A stretch of 64,000 nt of DNA from Chthoniobacteraceae bacterium (GCA_031409335.1 JANNWY010000307.1:32001-96000); one strand, 5' to 3'. Shown: positions 17,642 to 27,836, numbered from the stretch's first letter. Numbers and translations: made by a program. The notes: a model not told the origin generated them from the sequence alone.

Positions 17642-20600
17642 TTACTTCAGCGTCTTCAGATACGCGAAAAGGTCGCTCACCTGTTCCGGTGGCAGCGCAT
17701 CGAGCAGGCCGTCGGGCATCAGCGAGCGGCGGAGGTATTGCGTCCGGGCGATTTCCTTTTTTGCGATGCGGCGGTCGGCGGCTCCGGGCAGGCGGACGAT
17801 CACGGCGTCCTTGTCCTCGCTCACGAAGAACGCTTCCACGAGGTCGCCGTTTTTCATTTCGATGCGGTAGATGCGGTAGCCGTTTTCCATCGCGGCATTC
17901 GGCGTGAGGATGTTTCGCAAAATTGCCTCGGTGCCCATCGCGCCGACGCCGCTGAGGTTTGGTCCGATGTTTCCGCCGGTCGGTCCCATCAAGTGGCACG
18001 CCTGGCAAAGCGCGGCGGTCGCTTTTCCGCGCGCCGCATCGCCGGGCTGATCGGCGAGGGCGCGGAATTTCGCGAACTTCGCATCGAGCACCTTCGATTC
18101 TTCGGCAGTGAAGACCGGCGGAAAATCGCTCGTCTTTGCGATCTTCGCGCCTGCGCCGAGCTTGCCCCACTGCGAGGCTCCCGCGGCGTAAAGGACGAGT
18201 CCTTCCGGCTTCGGCTGGCCCTCGAAGGAGCGGTCGAAGTGGTTGCGGATTTCCTCGGCGGTGCGCTCGCGATTCCAGATGCGGTATTCCGAAAGCGCGC
18301 CCTCGGTGCCGCCGGGCGCACCAGTTCCTCCGATGAGCGGGTTCACGATTTTTTGCGGCGCGGGTTTCGATTCGGCGGTGTCCAGTTCGCCGTTGATGTA
18401 GATCTTCCACGCGCCTGCCGCGTCACGTGTCGCGGCGATGTGCGTCCAGAGATCAGGCGCGATCGGCTTTTTCGCGACGATTGCATCGTGAATCCCCGCG
18501 CCCGCCCAGACGCGGAATTTTGCGTCGTAGAAATTCAGGTCGATCATGTCTTTCGCCCACAGGATGCCGTCCGCGTTTCCGATGCCCGGCGCGAGGCGCA
18601 CCCACGTTTCGACGGTGAACGGGCCTTCGATCGTGAGGCCGGTTTCGGCGCTGGCGTTGTCCTTGCCGTTGAGCGTGAGCACGGGGCGGAAGAGCGCGGC
18701 GAGTTCGTTCATCAGCGCGGTGAGGTCGGCGTCATTCGGGAGAATGGCCTGGAGCTTTTCCACGATCGGGCCGTCGAGTTCGGTCTTCGCCAGCGTGCCG
18801 GATTTCAGCGCGGCGACGACGGTTTTCGCACCGGGTTTGGTGGAAGTGAGGCGGTCGAGCGCGGCGCGGCGTTCGGTCGTGGAAAGTTGCGGCCAAAGGC
18901 TGAGGATCAAGGCTCCTGCTTGATCGGAACGCGAGGCGCTGAGGGCGGTGAGCGCCGCGTCGCGGACGGCGGGTTCGCCGTTCGTGGCGAGCTTGGCGAA
19001 GAGTTCGGCGCGGTCGGAGCGCAGGTCGGCGAGGGCGCGCAGGGCGGCGGGAAGTAGGGCAGCTGCCCCGGCTGCCAAAGGTCCGCCGGGCGCCCCGCCC
19101 GTCGATGCAGCCGAGGCGGCCGCATCCGTTCCGGCAGGCGGGGCGCCTGCCCTACTTCCGCTCGCGAGCGCAATCAGTTGCGGCTCGATGGCGGAAATCT
19201 GGAAGGCGCTGGCGAGTCGGATGCCGAGTTCCATCTTTGGCGTCTCTGCGGTGGCGAGGAGTTGCTGCGCCGCATCGGCGAGCAGGGGCGTGAGTTTGGC
19301 GGCGTCGATTTTGGTGCGCACGGCGAGGAGCGATTCGAGCACCGACGCGCTGATCGCCGGATTGCCGAGCGCGGCCTTCACCGCGTCGCCGACGCCGGGT
19401 TCGTCGAGGAATTGCACGAGCCGCAACACTTCCTCCTGCCCCGGCGGCCGCGTGAGTTTCGGCAGCAACTGCGCGACGCGCGAAGCACTGGCCTTCGGCT
19501 CCAGCGCGAGGGAGGCGAGGAGGCGGGATTCGATGGGACGTTCTTGTCCTCCGGGTGAGTCGAGAAACTGAGCCGTCTCGCGAGGATGACCCTCGAGGAA
19601 CATGCGAACGAGGTATCGCTGAAACTCACGTTCGTATGCTTCTCGCACTTTGATCGGCTTGCCGTTGCGCGTTGCTGGCGCGGTTGGCTCGGCCAAACCC
19701 GTTTGAGCGAGATACAATAAATTGGAAACCGCGAATCGACTGGAATCAGCGTCAGGATGATCGACGGACGTTGACGATTCGAGCCACTCACCGTTTGACC
19801 GAATAATTTGAGCGAGCACTTCTGGATCTTGGTCTCCGCCCATGTTCCAGAGAAAATTTAGAGCGGCAACTGGAGGAGTTCCCGAATGCGGTCCCATCGC
19901 TCGCGCGAATTCCCGGCGGACGTTGCGGTTGGGGTCAAGCGATAGCTCGACGAGCAAGCCGCTGTTGGGTTCCCAGAGCAAATGGGCGGTCTCTAAAATC
20001 CAAAGACATTGAATCCTCAATGCCGCTGGCTTCGTTGTGTCGGTAACAAGTTGTCGGAGCTTCGGAGCAAGTTCTTTCATCCCTCGATCCCCAATCGCCT
20101 GCCACGCCAGATGACTCTGCGCCAGCGATGGCCCGCCGAGCTTGGCCAGCAGCTCCTCTCCGGTCGCCTTCGTAAAATCCTGCATCGGAAACGGCTTCTG
20201 CGCGGTCGCCTTCACGCGCCAGATGCGGCCGCGCGTTTTGTCGCGGTCGGGATGGTTTCGCGGGACTTCGTTGTGCGAGATGATTTTGTTGTACCAATCG
20301 ACGATGTAGAGGCAGCCGTCGGGGCCGAAGGTGATCGCGACCGGGCGGAACCATTCGTCGGCAGATTGGATGAAATCGCCGAGCAATTGCAGCCGGTGGC
20401 GCGGGCCGTCGGGGTGGATCTTTATGGCCTGAATTTTTCGGGTGATGGGATTGGCGACGTACATCACGTCGGCGTAAGCGGGGGGAAATGACCAATGACC
20501 AGTGGCCAATGACCCACTGCGCGCCGCGCCTGCCAATTGGTCATTGGTCATTGGACCCTGGTCATTTCCGACCGCCTTGTCCGACAACGCGAGGCCGCTC

Positions 20601-22099
20601 AGCCCCGTCCCGCCCATCGGCAACCCCGGCGTGCCCGGAAACTCGGGCGCGTAGCTTTTCCACTGCGCATCCGAGCAGCCGGGATAGTTCGCGTATTCGT
20701 GGAAGGGCATGACGGGGTAGCCGAAATCGTTCGCCTCCTGAATCCACGCCTGGCCTTCGCCATCGAGCACGAGGCCCCAGATGTTGCACGGGCCGTTGCT
20801 CGTGATGTCGAAGCCCGAGCCGTCGGGCCGAAACTTCGCCATGCGCGTCTGGTCGAATTTCACGGCCTTCTCCGGCGGCTCACCGGGGCGGCGCACCTGG
20901 CTGTAATTGAACGCGCCCTGCGCCATCCAAATCCAGCCGCCAGGCGCGCGCATAAATTGATGGGGGAAAAGATGCGAATCCTGCACGCCGAAACCGGTGA
21001 GGATCACTTCGCGTTTGTTGGCCTTGCCGTCGTCGTCGGTGTCGCTCAGAAACGCGATGTCGTGACCGTGCTGGACGTAGCAGCCGTTCTTGTAAGGCAG
21101 CACGCCGAGTGGAATCGCGAGGCCGTCGGCGAAGATGCGCGCTTTTTGCACGCCGGACGCGAGCGGCGTGTCGAAGACGAGCACTTTGTCCTTCGCCTTG
21201 CTCGCGTAGAGCGCATCGGCAGCGGAGGGGTTTTCGTTGCCATCGACGGGATACTCCAGCGCGGTCGTCGTCCAGAGGCGGCCCTTTTGATCGAAGTTCA
21301 GGCAGACGAATTTCCCGATGCCATTCGCCGGATCTTCCTGCGCGACGAGTTCGATTTCAAAACCCGGCGGCAGCGTGAAAGCCGCGCGCTGATCCTCCGG
21401 CGCGAGCGGCCCGGCCTTCGCACCTTTCGGCTTCGGCGCGGGGATGAAAATCTCGCCCGGTTTCGGCGCGGGCAGTTCCTCGATGGTGATGTCTTTCACC
21501 TGCACCAACGCCTTCCCGCCGCCGTGGACCTGGATGCCGCATTTTCCCGTCTGCACGATCGCGGCATCGGCCTCGGTGTAGTCCACGCCCTGCACGCCAT
21601 TGATCCACGTCGTGATGCGCGGCCCCTGCGCGCGGATGACGTATTCATTCCAATCGTCCTTCTTGATGACCGGCCGCAGCGCCTTCATGTCCGACTCCGC
21701 CATCAGCTTGTTGCGCCGCGATTCGTCGTAGATCGCGCCATACCAAGTCGGCTCGCCGTAGTCGCACTGGTAGCCCGCCATCTCGGAATTCCCAGGCACG
21801 CGCTGGCTGCGAATCTGGAAGCCGCTGTTCACAAAGCCCGTGCCCGTGAGTTTGATTTTCAGCCGCACGATGAAGTTCCCGTAGTCCTTCACCGTCGCGA
21901 GAAAATCGTTGTGCTTCACCTCCTCGGTCAGCGAACCGCCGATGATCACGCCATCCTCGACGCGCCAGAGTTTCGCATTTCCCTCCCAGCCCGCGAGCGT
22001 CTTGCCATCGAACATCGGCGCTGTTTTTCCCACCGGCGGCGGCGGCTCGGCGTGGAGCGTGAAGACGGTGAGGAGGAGCAGGATGACGGGGCGTTTCAT
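17642..22099 (-). CDS. PVC-type membrane-bound dehydrogenase / heme-binding protein with DUF1080 (3-keto-disaccharide hydrolase-like), HEAT, LamG and cytochrome c domains
   Basis: Signal peptide; FDGKTLAGW...NSGFQIRS DUF1080; FTLPPGFEIELVA; FRPV...GPDGCLYIVDWYN; FTVETWV...WTHIAAT LamG; CQACH...GPNLS...SLMPDGL. Confidence 0.9.
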   Translation of the reverse strand: MKRPVILLLLTVFTLHAEPPPPVGKTAPMFDGKTLAGWEGNAKLWRVEDGVIIGGSLTEEVKHNDFLATVKDYGNFIVRLKIKLTGTGFVNSGFQIRSQRVPGNSEMAGYQCDYGEPTWYGAIYDESRRNKLMAESDMKALRPVIKKDDWNEYVIRAQGPRITTWINGVQGVDYTEADAAIVQTGKCGIQVHGGGKALVQVKDITIEELPAPKPGEIFIPAPKPKGAKAGPLAPEDQRAAFTLPPGFEIELVAQEDPANGIGKFVCLNFDQKGRLWTTTALEYPVDGNENPSAADALYASKAKDKVLVFDTPLASGVQKARIFADGLAIPLGVLPYKNGCYVQHGHDIAFLSDTDDDGKANKREVILTGFGVQDSHLFPHQFMRAPGGWIWMAQGAFNYSQVRRPGEPPEKAVKFDQTRMAKFRPDGSGFDITSNGPCNIWGLVLDGEGQAWIQEANDFGYPVMPFHEYANYPGCSDAQWKSYAPEFPGTPGLPMGGTGLSGLALSDKAVGNDQGPMTNDQLAGAARSGSLATGHWSFPPAYADVMYVANPITRKIQAIKIHPDGPRHRLQLLGDFIQSADEWFRPVAITFGPDGCLYIVDWYNKIISHNEVPRNHPDRDKTRGRIWRVKATAQKPFPMQDFTKATGEELLAKLGGPSLAQSHLAWQAIGDRGMKELAPKLRQLVTDTTKPAALRIQCLWILETAHLLWEPNSGLLVELSLDPNRNVRREFARAMGPHSGTPPVAALNFLWNMGGDQDPEVLAQIIRSNGEWLESSTSVDHPDADSSRFAVSNLLYLAQTGLAEPTAPATRNGKPIKVREAYEREFQRYLVRMFLEGHPRETAQFLDSPGGQERPIESRLLASLALEPKASASRVAQLLPKLTRPPGQEEVLRLVQFLDEPGVGDAVKAALGNPAISASVLESLLAVRTKIDAAKLTPLLADAAQQLLATAETPKMELGIRLASAFQISAIEPQLIALASGSRAGAPPAGTDAAASAASTGGAPGGPLAAGAAALLPAALRALADLRSDRAELFAKLATNGEPAVRDAALTALSASRSDQAGALILSLWPQLSTTERRAALDRLTSTKPGAKTVVAALKSGTLAKTELDGPIVEKLQAILPNDADLTALMNELAALFRPVLTLNGKDNASAETGLTIEGPFTVETWVRLAPGIGNADGILWAKDMIDLNFYDAKFRVWAGAGIHDAIVAKKPIAPDLWTHIAATRDAAGAWKIYINGELDTAESKPAPQKIVNPLIGGTGAPGGTEGALSEYRIWNRERTAEEIRNHFDRSFEGQPKPEGLVLYAAGASQWGKLGAGAKIAKTSDFPPVFTAEESKVLDAKFAKFRALADQPGDAARGKATAALCQACHLMGPTGGNIGPNLSGVGAMGTEAILRNILTPNAAMENGYRIYRIEMKNGDLVEAFFVSEDKDAVIVRLPGAADRRIAKKEIARTQYLRRSLMPDGLLDALPPEQVSDLFAYLKTLK
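19050..19159. repeat. GTAG-type REP doublet inserted in frame within the PVC gene
   Basis: GGAAGTAGGGCAGCTGCCCCGGCTGCC (19050-19076) vs GGCAGGCGGGGCGCCTGCCCTACTTCC (19133-19159): 24/27 inverted match. Confidence 0.75.
20484..20569. repeat. Heptamer-armed (AATGACC) palindromic element inserted in frame within the PVC gene
   Basis: GGAAATGACCAATGACCAGTGGCCAATGACC ... GGTCATTGGTCATTGGACCCTGGTCATTTCC. Confidence 0.8.
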
Positions 22100-22192
22100 G
22101 GTGAAGGAATGGTCTGGAGTGAATCCGGGCGGGCGTCTGGTCTTGGGAAGTGAGTGAGCACTAAAATGCACCTCACACCGACGCAAAAGCGA

Positions 22193-25100
22193 TCAAGGAT
22201 CTCGCGTGATTTCGACCTGGCCGAACGCGCTCGTCGCGGCCGGTTGCGCGCTGCGGAAGGCGACGGTCTCCGTGCCGTCGCCATTGTTCACGCTGCCGAG
22301 AAGCGTGAACCCGAGCGACTGCCAGCCGGCCAGTTCGGGCGAAAATTGCGGTGTGAAAATGAGATCGCTCGCGCCGATGTGCCGGCGAAATCGCATCACG
22401 AAATAATCGCCAACCAAACCAAGCACGCTGACGGGTTCGATCGCCGCGCGTGGTGCGAGCGCGGCGCTGCTGCCGCTGAGCGGGTTCGTGCGCTGCGCGT
22501 ATTCGGCGAGGTTTGCGGAAAAATCGTGGTCCGGATCGTCGAGCGGATTGGTCGCGGTGAGGCCGGGATTTTCCGCAAGCCACGCGGCGTAATCGGTCGT
22601 ATCCAACGCGCGCGGTTTTCCACCGATCACCGCGCTGCTCGACCAGCTCAGCGGCTGCGCGTGATCGGGATTCGTCTGCGGACGCATCAGGATCAGCGAA
22701 TAGCCTTCACCATCCGCGCTCGCGGGCCACGGATCGTCGTCCGCGTAAAGGAACGACTTGATCGCCGTGCCCGTCGCGCCATTCAGCGTCAGCGTCTCGC
22801 CATTGTGCGCGAGCGTGCCAGTGAAAGTGCCCGCGACCGGCACCGCGCGGCGCAGCGCGAAGGCCGCGGGATTTCGCACGATGACGACCGTGCCGCCCGG
22901 CGCGAGCACGGTGCTCGCGGTGAAGGTGAACGAAATACCCTGCGTGAATTGCGCGCCAGCGAGTTCGACATTCGCGAGGCTGATATTCCGCAATTCCACG
23001 AACTGGAAATCGTCCGCATCCGTGATGCCCGCGAGTCCTTCAGATGTAGTCGGCTCCGCGGGGTGATAGTGAAATTCCGATATGACGATATTCGCGGCGC
23101 TGGCGGCGACGTTCGCGGTGCTGCTCGTGATCGTGATGCTGTCCGTGCCGGTGAGCGTGTTCCGCTGATCGCGCGATTGCAGCGTGATTGCGTTCGCCCC
23201 GGCGGTGAGCGGAACGCTGACGCTCCACGTACTCGCGCCCGTCCACGCCAGCGCGAGCGGCGCAGGCTGGCCGGCGCGTTCGATGCGATGCACGTCCACC
23301 CAGCCAGTGCCGCTGAGCGTCACGGTGTTCGCGGCGGTGGTGAAATCCGCGCCGCCATTCGTGGTGATCGCGAAGGGAACCGCCGCGGGCATTTGCGTGA
23401 GCGCGAAAGCCGAGCGGCTGCTGATGAACGACGTGAATGCCGAAAAATCCTGCCCGGTCACCGTGCTGAGATGCGTGACCCACGGCGTCATGTAGGTCGA
23501 GTTGAACGTGGAATTCACGAGGTCGAGTACGTGGCTGTCGAAGACACGCTTGAACGCCGCGATGCCGAAGAGGCGCGTGATATTAAAGCCGGTCGGCGTG
23601 AGCTGTTCGGTCGTCGCGAGCGTGAAGGCGCTGTCGAGATCCCATGTAAAGGCGATGAGTCGGCTGTCATTCGGGCGTGGGACCATCCGCCAGTTGTGCG
23701 CCCAGACGCGGCCGTATTGATCCGCGTTTCCATAAAGTCCCATCAGCGCCCACGTGCGCATCCACTGATCGACATCGATCGTCGCCGCGATTTCGTTTTG
23801 GAACGCCGTGCCGCTCAGCGCGAACGCGCGGTTCAGGCGCACCATCGGCGCGTAATTATCCGCGCGACGCTGGCTGCGAATTTGGAAACCCCAGCGATAC
23901 GCCTCCTTGTCCGCCCCGCGATCGGCAAAATCCATCGTGCCGCGATTGTGGTGGTACGGATTGTTCAGCTTCAGACTTTCCGGCTGTCCATCGACGGTGC
24001 CATTCGGCTGGTAGAGCAGTTCGTGATTAAAAACCGTCGGCGAGTCGTAGCCGGGAAATGCGCCATTGAGAAACACGCTGCCCGTCCGCGAAGCCGCAAT
24101 CAACGCCACGCCCGACGCGCCCGGCCCGTTCACTTTCACCACGTCGTTGTAGAAGCTCCAGTAGCCGCCGCCCGCGCGATTGATGATCTGCTCAGCGACG
24201 ATTTCGCGCAGCAGCCCCGCGCGCTCGATGCTGATGGAATCATGCACGCCGCGGAAAAGCTGGTCGGGCTGAAAGTCGAGATTGTAGCCAAACTCGGTCG
24301 GCTGATACCGCCCAAACGCGCTGCCTTTCAGCCGCACACCGACGTCATAATAGACCGTGTTTTCGTCATCGATCACCGTGCCGCGAAACGAGTCGTTGCT
24401 CATCCGGTTCGTGTTCGTGAAGAGCACGGTTTCGTCCTCCGGACTGATCAGCACGCGCAGGTTTCCGCGCACGCCGCTGGTGTCCGCCGTGCTGTTATTC
24501 ACGCGGTAAAATGTGCCGCCTTTCACGCCATCCGCCGGATACGTGGAAACTGCGCCCGCCCCATCCGTGGCCTGCACGTAGAACTGCACGAGCGCGCCCG
24601 TCGTTTGTCCGGGAATGCTCGCGCTGTAACGTCCCTCCGCGCCCGGCGTCATCGCGCCACTCGTCCACGCGCCAGTGTTCACGCGACGGAAAAGCAGCGC
24701 GCTCGCGACGCCATCCGGATCGCTCAACGTCACCGAAACCGTGGCGGCGGCGGAAGCGTTTGGGCGCACTGGCGAATGCGCAAGCGCGCTCGCGGTCGGG
24801 CCGATGTTCGCGGCGGCGACGCTATTCACCGCTCCCGGCGTGCCCCACGCGGTGCCGACGTTCAGCACCGTCGTGCGTTGCAGGTAGTTGAAATAAAGGC
24901 GCGTGTTCACCTGATTCGTGCCGCCCATCCAGCGCGCGCGAAAGCTGATGCGGTACGTGTTTCCCACCGTGACCTGCCGGCCCGTGAAGAACGTCGTCTC
25001 GATGCGATTGCTTTTGTCCTCGGTGTTGCCAGTCGCGAAAACGCGGAAGCATTTGTTCGCCGCGTTATCCGGATCGACGACGACCACGCTGCGGCCCTGG

Positions 25101-27361
25101 CCGTGATTGCCGAGGCAGCGCCATTTCAGCGGCACCGCGCCGGGCGCGTCGCTTTCAAACGTGCCATTCTGGATGAACTCGACGTTCGTGCCCGTCGGAT
25201 TTTCGCGCACGCTCACGTCGTCGATCAGCACCTCGCCATTTTCCAAAAGGCCGAGCAGGAAATCGCGAAACGCATCCTCGCCGTAACCGTCATCCGTCGC
25301 TGCGCCGGTGTAGGTGATCGTCTGCCACGCGCCAAGCGGCTGCGTCGCGCTCGCGGCCCACGCGCTTGGCGCGGAATTCTCCGCACGCGCATCGCGCAGC
25401 TCGATGCTGCTGCCGCCCTGCCCCGCGCGCTCCGGCCAGCGGCCTGCGTCGCGGTAAAAAACTTCGTCCGCCGTGTTGCCGTTCGGGTCATCGAGTTCGA
25501 GACGATCGCCGCCGCTGAGCGAGCCGTTGAACGGCCCGACGATCGGGCGGCCCGGCCATTTCGCGAACAGCGCGGCAGGATCGCGCGCCACCACGAGGTA
25601 CGCGCCGGGCGTGAGCGTTGTGCCGGGAGCGAACGCGAAATCGAGGCCCGCGCTGAACTTCCAGCCGGTCAAATCCACGGACGCCGCGCCTTTGTTGAAA
25701 ACCTCGACCCACTGTTCCGGCCCGTCGTCGAACGCGTGGTGGAAAATCTCGTTGATGACCACATCCCCCGGAATCGCGAACGCATTTGCCGCGCCGAAAG
25801 TCGTCGCGCTCGGACGCTGCCAGTCACCCGTGCCGGCGATGATCCGGGCGCGCGGCGAACCGCTCACCCGCGCCGCATCCACGAGACTGCCCGTCGCGCC
25901 CGGCGCGAGCAGGAAAAGCCGCTCATTGTTCACCGGCGTGAAGCCGAGGGTCGCCGTGTCGAGCGCGAGAAATCCGCCCGTCGCGAGTGTGGAAGCCGGG
26001 AAAACGTACGGCGTCGCCGGGTGTTCGGAGCCGACGATGGTGAAACCGGTGAGCGTGATCGTGGACGCGCCGTGGTTGTGCAATTCGATGCGAAACGCCG
26101 CATCCGTCGCCGCCGAAATTTCGTTGAAGGCGAGCTTTGGCAGCGTCGCATTCCAAGCGGCCGTCGTGGGAAAATTCAGCGCGCCCGGCGTGCCATTTCG
26201 CTGAAGACTCCATGCCCAATTTGCCGCGACTGCCCCCGTCGTTTGCGCGTCTTTTTTCGCCAGCGTGAAGCCCGAGCCATCCGGCGCAAACGGCCACGAA
26301 CCGGAGTCAGCGTAATCCACCTCCTCCATCACGCGCCGGCGATCGAGGCTCGTGGAAAACGTGCCCGGGTCGAAAGTCGCGCCGCCGTTTTGCTCGACGA
26401 AAAGCTGGTAGCCGCCCCAGTTCGATTCGCCGCTCGGCGCATCCGCGTTGCCGATGATTTTCCCCGTCGCATCCGGATGCAACCCGGCGATCAACGCGCC
26501 GCTGCCCGCCGCCGTTGTAGCGGTGTCATCAGTCAGCAGCCCGTTCCCATTCGCGTCCGCCTTGATGCGAATCGAACGCGACGCGCTTCCATAAACCCAC
26601 AGGCCATAAGTCTTCGCTGGATCGAGCCCCGTGATCCGCCACGTGATGCTCGCCGCGGAGTTGCCCGCATTGAGAAAGAGGTAGTCGTTCGTGAGTGAAT
26701 TGCCGGCGGTGCTGAAGCCGCTCACCGTGCCCGTGATCGCGAATCCCACGCCCGTCGCCGTGCCCGCGCTATCGACGAGCGTCGCGAGCGCGGGGTTCAC
26801 CGTCGTGCCCGAGTGCCCGGCGATCGTCAGCGCGTTCCACACATTCCCCAAGCCGCTCACTGGCTCCACGCCGGACATGAGCACCGGCACGGTCTGCCCG
26901 AAAGCACCGCCCGCGCCATTGCCCTGGATGTCCACGCTCCACAATTCATTCGCTGGCGGCTGCGTCTGCGTGCCGGGCCGCGTACGCAGGCCGGGGCCGT
27001 TGTTGTAAAGCGTCAGCTTTTCCCCGTCATTCGCGAGGCTTCCCACAAAAGGCCCGAGCGCTCCCGCGAATCCCGTCGCCGTCTGCAATGCGGCGGGATC
27101 TTTCGCCACCACGAGATACCCGCGCGCCGGAACGACCGTGCCTTCAGGAAAATCGAACACGATCCCGCCGTCGAAACGCCACCCGCTCATGTCCACATTC
27201 ACGTAGAGCTGATTGCGCAGTTCCACGTATTCCAGCGCGGCATTCGTCGTCGGGTTGTAGTGGATTTCATTGATGACGACGACGCTGTCGCCATCCGCTC
27301 GCGCGGAAAATGCGATTGCACAGAGGAAGGCGAGGAGGAAACCGAGCGGGGGAATTCTCAT
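22193..27361 (-). CDS. Secreted lamin-tail-domain / CotH kinase-like multidomain protein
   Basis: Signal peptide; repeated VVINEIxY...EYVELxN...GW.F..G lamin-tail motifs; VGVRLKGS, NAD, HNW and WDLD CotH-like motifs; Ca-binding C-terminal domain. Confidence 0.88.
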   Translation of the reverse strand: MRIPPLGFLLAFLCAIAFSARADGDSVVVINEIHYNPTTNAALEYVELRNQLYVNVDMSGWRFDGGIVFDFPEGTVVPARGYLVVAKDPAALQTATGFAGALGPFVGSLANDGEKLTLYNNGPGLRTRPGTQTQPPANELWSVDIQGNGAGGAFGQTVPVLMSGVEPVSGLGNVWNALTIAGHSGTTVNPALATLVDSAGTATGVGFAITGTVSGFSTAGNSLTNDYLFLNAGNSAASITWRITGLDPAKTYGLWVYGSASRSIRIKADANGNGLLTDDTATTAAGSGALIAGLHPDATGKIIGNADAPSGESNWGGYQLFVEQNGGATFDPGTFSTSLDRRRVMEEVDYADSGSWPFAPDGSGFTLAKKDAQTTGAVAANWAWSLQRNGTPGALNFPTTAAWNATLPKLAFNEISAATDAAFRIELHNHGASTITLTGFTIVGSEHPATPYVFPASTLATGGFLALDTATLGFTPVNNERLFLLAPGATGSLVDAARVSGSPRARIIAGTGDWQRPSATTFGAANAFAIPGDVVINEIFHHAFDDGPEQWVEVFNKGAASVDLTGWKFSAGLDFAFAPGTTLTPGAYLVVARDPAALFAKWPGRPIVGPFNGSLSGGDRLELDDPNGNTADEVFYRDAGRWPERAGQGGSSIELRDARAENSAPSAWAASATQPLGAWQTITYTGAATDDGYGEDAFRDFLLGLLENGEVLIDDVSVRENPTGTNVEFIQNGTFESDAPGAVPLKWRCLGNHGQGRSVVVVDPDNAANKCFRVFATGNTEDKSNRIETTFFTGRQVTVGNTYRISFRARWMGGTNQVNTRLYFNYLQRTTVLNVGTAWGTPGAVNSVAAANIGPTASALAHSPVRPNASAAATVSVTLSDPDGVASALLFRRVNTGAWTSGAMTPGAEGRYSASIPGQTTGALVQFYVQATDGAGAVSTYPADGVKGGTFYRVNNSTADTSGVRGNLRVLISPEDETVLFTNTNRMSNDSFRGTVIDDENTVYYDVGVRLKGSAFGRYQPTEFGYNLDFQPDQLFRGVHDSISIERAGLLREIVAEQIINRAGGGYWSFYNDVVKVNGPGASGVALIAASRTGSVFLNGAFPGYDSPTVFNHELLYQPNGTVDGQPESLKLNNPYHHNRGTMDFADRGADKEAYRWGFQIRSQRRADNYAPMVRLNRAFALSGTAFQNEIAATIDVDQWMRTWALMGLYGNADQYGRVWAHNWRMVPRPNDSRLIAFTWDLDSAFTLATTEQLTPTGFNITRLFGIAAFKRVFDSHVLDLVNSTFNSTYMTPWVTHLSTVTGQDFSAFTSFISSRSAFALTQMPAAVPFAITTNGGADFTTAANTVTLSGTGWVDVHRIERAGQPAPLALAWTGASTWSVSVPLTAGANAITLQSRDQRNTLTGTDSITITSSTANVAASAANIVISEFHYHPAEPTTSEGLAGITDADDFQFVELRNISLANVELAGAQFTQGISFTFTASTVLAPGGTVVIVRNPAAFALRRAVPVAGTFTGTLAHNGETLTLNGATGTAIKSFLYADDDPWPASADGEGYSLILMRPQTNPDHAQPLSWSSSAVIGGKPRALDTTDYAAWLAENPGLTATNPLDDPDHDFSANLAEYAQRTNPLSGSSAALAPRAAIEPVSVLGLVGDYFVMRFRRHIGASDLIFTPQFSPELAGWQSLGFTLLGSVNNGDGTETVAFRSAQPAATSAFGQVEITRDP

Positions 27362-27381
27362 TGGGAAAAACGGAACTCGCT

Positions 27382-27696
27382 TTACTGCCCGTCGTCGAAT
27401 TCGTGATCGCACACGATTACCGCGTCCAGGCGCGGCACCACCTTTTCAGCAGCCGCCGTGTGGATGGGATGCGGTAGGTAGGCATCGCGCGCCGCCGCGC
27501 TTGCAAAGGTCATCACAAAGCTGTGGGTGAAGCCCTGCGAAAGGCCCTCGGTGCTGGTGTTGACGCCCCACGTCAGGCCGAGGATGCCGGGAATTTGCCG
27601 TGGCAAGTCTTCGATGATCCGCCACACGTCGGCGATGTCCTCGCGCGTGCAGGCGGACTTGAATTTGAAAAAGGCGATGTGTTTTACGCGGGTCAT
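27382..27696 (-). CDS. Dabb family (stress-responsive A/B barrel) protein
   Basis: VKHIAFFKFK...IPGI...G.N.S.E....GFTH.F.MTF......AYLPHP.H. Confidence 0.88.
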   Translation of the reverse strand: MTRVKHIAFFKFKSACTREDIADVWRIIEDLPRQIPGILGLTWGVNTSTEGLSQGFTHSFVMTFASAAARDAYLPHPIHTAAAEKVVPRLDAVIVCDHEFDDGQ

Positions 27697-27758
27697 TCGA
27701 GTGAAGCGGATTCGCCGCAAGGTAAGGCGCGCCGCGATTCCCGCCAGTGCGGCCAGGT

Positions 27759-27773
27759 GACTGAAATCCACAT
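27759..27773 (-). promoter_or_regulatory. ATGTGGATTT motif upstream of the Dabb operon (candidate AraC-family site)
   Basis: Reverse complement ATGTGGATTTCAGTC; same core at 28681, 29718 and 34479-34488 (-). Confidence 0.45.
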
Positions 27774-27836
27774 TTACACGATGAATGCCCCGGAAGGCGT
27801 GCATCGTCATCGGTCAAAGGAGTAGCGTCGCCGCCG

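Noticed and set aside
22154..26698. 1514-aa plus-strand ORF
   Set aside because: Antisense shadow of the lamin-tail/CotH gene; Arg-rich with no motifs, expected in high-GC DNA
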